Part shown: positions 62,260 to 64,000 of the stretch, in pieces
How positions within the stretch are numbered: the stretch's first letter is position 1
How the letters are laid out: the number at the start of each line of letters is the position of its first letter
Made by a program: the position numbers and the translations under genes
Source of the DNA: a virus
IMG/VR virus record: IMGVR_UViG_3300043571_000425
DNA: 64,000 bases
Strand: one strand, 5' to 3'
Notes under the pieces: generated by a model
Seen by the model: the letters and a program-made list of their open reading frames with translations, nothing else
The model's database searches: none
What the model was told of the DNA's origin: nothing

Positions 62260-62941
62260 TCTAAGAATTACAGCCCATTTAGCGACATCTTTAGCAGCTT
62301 ATGACAATTGGAGTCCATCGTTAGAAGGGATTTTAGTTTATAAACTCTTGGAAGAAAATAATCTATTTTCACCTAATCCCACGCCTAGTCAAGTAGCAGA
62401 TGTCCAGACTTTTGTTGAGCAGAATTTACTACTAAAACAGGGGATAATTAAATCAGAGAAATATTGGTGTGTGAGTTCACCTTATTATGTTTTGCAAGGT
62501 GAAGCTACAGACAAATATAGAAAGCGGTGGGATAATCACGACAATAATTTAGATTGGGGTAAGCGCAAACCTAAATTTCTAACAGGTGAAGGTGCGGAAA
62601 AGTCCTATGATTTACCTCTTTACACAAGGTCAATTAATTCTATTTCTTGGTTTGCTGTAGGCGATAAGTCAAAAATTAAGGATTTATTGCAAACTGTTAC
62701 TCACATTCAGAAAAAACGTAGTTACGGAAATGGTGAAGTTAGGGAATGGGAAATAGGGATAATTTACAATGATTACCATCTGTGGCGTGACAGTAAATTA
62801 ATGCGCCCAATTCCTGTTAGATTACTTGATCAGAAAATAGATAATCCTCAGATGATCTGGGGGTGGAGAAGCCCCGCGTGGTTAGCTGCAAATAAGGAGT
62901 TATGCTATATGCCAAAGGATAATGTGATTTATGCTAAGTAA
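62252..62941 (+). CDS. csf3: RAMP protein, Cas5/Csf3-like
   Basis: The N-terminus is LRITAHLATSLAAY....PSLEGILVYKL and the C-terminal G-loop is KKRSYGNGEVREWEI. It has an 8-nt overlap with csf2-like. Confidence 0.55.
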   Translation: MDNLRITAHLATSLAAYDNWSPSLEGILVYKLLEENNLFSPNPTPSQVADVQTFVEQNLLLKQGIIKSEKYWCVSSPYYVLQGEATDKYRKRWDNHDNNLDWGKRKPKFLTGEGAEKSYDLPLYTRSINSISWFAVGDKSKIKDLLQTVTHIQKKRSYGNGEVREWEIGIIYNDYHLWRDSKLMRPIPVRLLDQKIDNPQMIWGWRSPAWLAANKELCYMPKDNVIYAK

Positions 62942-63677
62942 CGGATCTGGCGTTCAATATCCCTGGTTAAAAAAGAAAATAATCAGGGCAAAAGACTCAA
63001 TTAAAACCTGGTTAGAGCAATGCGATTATCAGGTTTACGCCAGCATTTCGGGCGGTAAAGATAGCTTGGTGATGTCGCATTTAATTAGGCAAATTTATCC
63101 TGATTGTCCTTTGGTATGGGTAAATCAGGGTTCGCTTGCCGAATGGGACGATTGCATTGAACTATTAGGGTTTTTGAAAACTCAAGGCTGGAATATTATT
63201 GAACTTTGTCCAGTTCGTGATCTGTGGCATTTATATCTTGATTATGGCGTTCCTCTTGAAGGAACAATGGACACAAAAGCCGATAAAATAATCAACCAAA
63301 AATTGATTTATGACCCTCTTAATGAGTACCAAGAACTGAATCAAATTAAGGGTTATGCGTGGGGAATACGTAAGCAAGAAAGCAGAAACCGCGCATTTTA
63401 TCTCAACAAATATGGTGAAGTGCATACGCTCAAAAACGGGTTGATTTGTTGCTCACCCGTGGCATTTTGGACTACTCAAAATATCTGGGAATATATTGAT
63501 ATGCACTCGTTAAAATACCCTGCTATTTATGATGTTGATAGAATGACAGTTAGGAATGGATGCCCAATCGGTACAACAGGTGCTAACTGGGGAAGATTAG
63601 CAGAGTTAAGAAAGCATTACCCAGATATTTATAATCAATTTGCTACTAAATTTCCACAGGTATCAACCTATGTCTAA
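62931..63677 (+). CDS. PAPS/APS reductase-family (CysH-like) PP-loop protein
   Basis: YASISGGKDSLVMSHL carries the SGGKDS PP-loop. RKQESRNR and CSPV..W are typical of the PF01507-type fold. Confidence 0.8.
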   Translation: MLSNGSGVQYPWLKKKIIRAKDSIKTWLEQCDYQVYASISGGKDSLVMSHLIRQIYPDCPLVWVNQGSLAEWDDCIELLGFLKTQGWNIIELCPVRDLWHLYLDYGVPLEGTMDTKADKIINQKLIYDPLNEYQELNQIKGYAWGIRKQESRNRAFYLNKYGEVHTLKNGLICCSPVAFWTTQNIWEYIDMHSLKYPAIYDVDRMTVRNGCPIGTTGANWGRLAELRKHYPDIYNQFATKFPQVSTYV

Positions 63678-64000
63678 TTGCTACCTTTGCGCTAAACCAG
63701 GCAACAACCCATTGGAATTATCCAATACATTTACCATGCACTCATCAGCTAAATGCCCGGATTCTAAAGTGCTTTGTAATCGCTGTCACTCTACAATTTC
63801 CGGTAATCAAAAGCAGCTTTGGTACTGGAATGAAGGTAAAAATAAATGGTCAAAGCTGTGGGGACGTTCTTTGTCCAGGGTTTATCAGGGTGATAAGCTA
63901 ATTGCGCCTGTCGTTGAAGGTGAATATACAGAAGGCAAGGATACTTTTTCAATAGTTAAAAACTTGCTGACTAGGGTGGGAATTAGGCAATACTTGTTAA
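63670..64000 (+). CDS. Zn-finger protein, Csf1-like candidate (partial, runs off the window)
   Basis: It is not in the ORF track because no stop is reached. The ATG at 63670 overlaps the cysH-like stop. The product starts MSNCYLCAKPG...AKCPDSKVLCNRCHSTISG, a CxxC...C...CxxC pattern. Confidence 0.5.
   Translation, partial: MSNCYLCAKPGNNPLELSNTFTMHSSAKCPDSKVLCNRCHSTISGNQKQLWYWNEGKNKWSKLWGRSLSRVYQGDKLIAPVVEGEYTEGKDTFSIVKNLLTRVGIRQYLL

Noticed and set aside
1-64000. Prophage-host junctions, tape-measure, tail-tube and endolysin genes
   Set aside because: I looked for host housekeeping genes, a very long Gly/Ala/coiled-coil tape-measure ORF and lysozyme or amidase motifs. I could not support any of them. 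They may lie outside the window or be unrecognisable by eye.

Overview
The window looks like one continuous temperate cyanophage or prophage genome. No clear host housekeeping gene is visible. A cyanobacterial (Nostocales-like) background is suggested by many HIP1 octamers (GCGATCGC) and an nblA gene.

Modules, left to right:
- 1-12.1 kb: a minus-strand block of small, often duplicated moron-like genes, each with a near-consensus promoter and a terminator. Lambda-type tail-tip genes M and L are embedded in it.
- 12.5-23.1 kb: a plus-strand block with a two-gene unit (unknown protein plus PD-(D/E)xK nuclease), a gpJ-like tail-tip protein and a run of fibre-like genes.
- 23.4-25.6 kb: nblA, a Rha regulator and the gpK-like JAB/NlpC-P60 tail protein.
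- 25.6-28.4 kb: lysogeny module, with tRNA-like sequences (probable attP), a tyrosine integrase, a CI-like repressor and three phased operators.
- 28.4-38.2 kb: early/replication genes, including HTH proteins, an initiator-like gene with internal iterons, DnaB, a Myb/SANT-repeat protein and an NPPF methyltransferase.
- 38.3-45.7 kb: head genes (portal, scaffold, P22-type coat), interrupted by a minus-strand fibre-like island. They are followed by HhH, FHA and membrane proteins.
- 45.7-50.3 kb: two transcription units with twin promoters and covarying leader hairpins, plus an XRE regulator.
- 50.3-56.4 kb: mostly minus strand, with TerL, HNH, a tRNA-like gene, a Mom-like gene broken at a G10 tract, a ParB-like nuclease-domain protein and a sigma factor fused to a Zn-ribbon/HTH.
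- 56.5-59.3 kb: dcd, DUF3310, thyX and a DPPY methyltransferase.
- 59.6-64.0 kb: the most unusual locus, an array-less type IV-B-like CRISPR-Cas effector operon. It contains Cas7/Csf2-like and Cas5/Csf3-like RAMPs, a small helical protein, a CysH-like PAPS reductase and a Zn-finger protein running off the window.

All functional calls rest on motifs read by eye. No database search was run.
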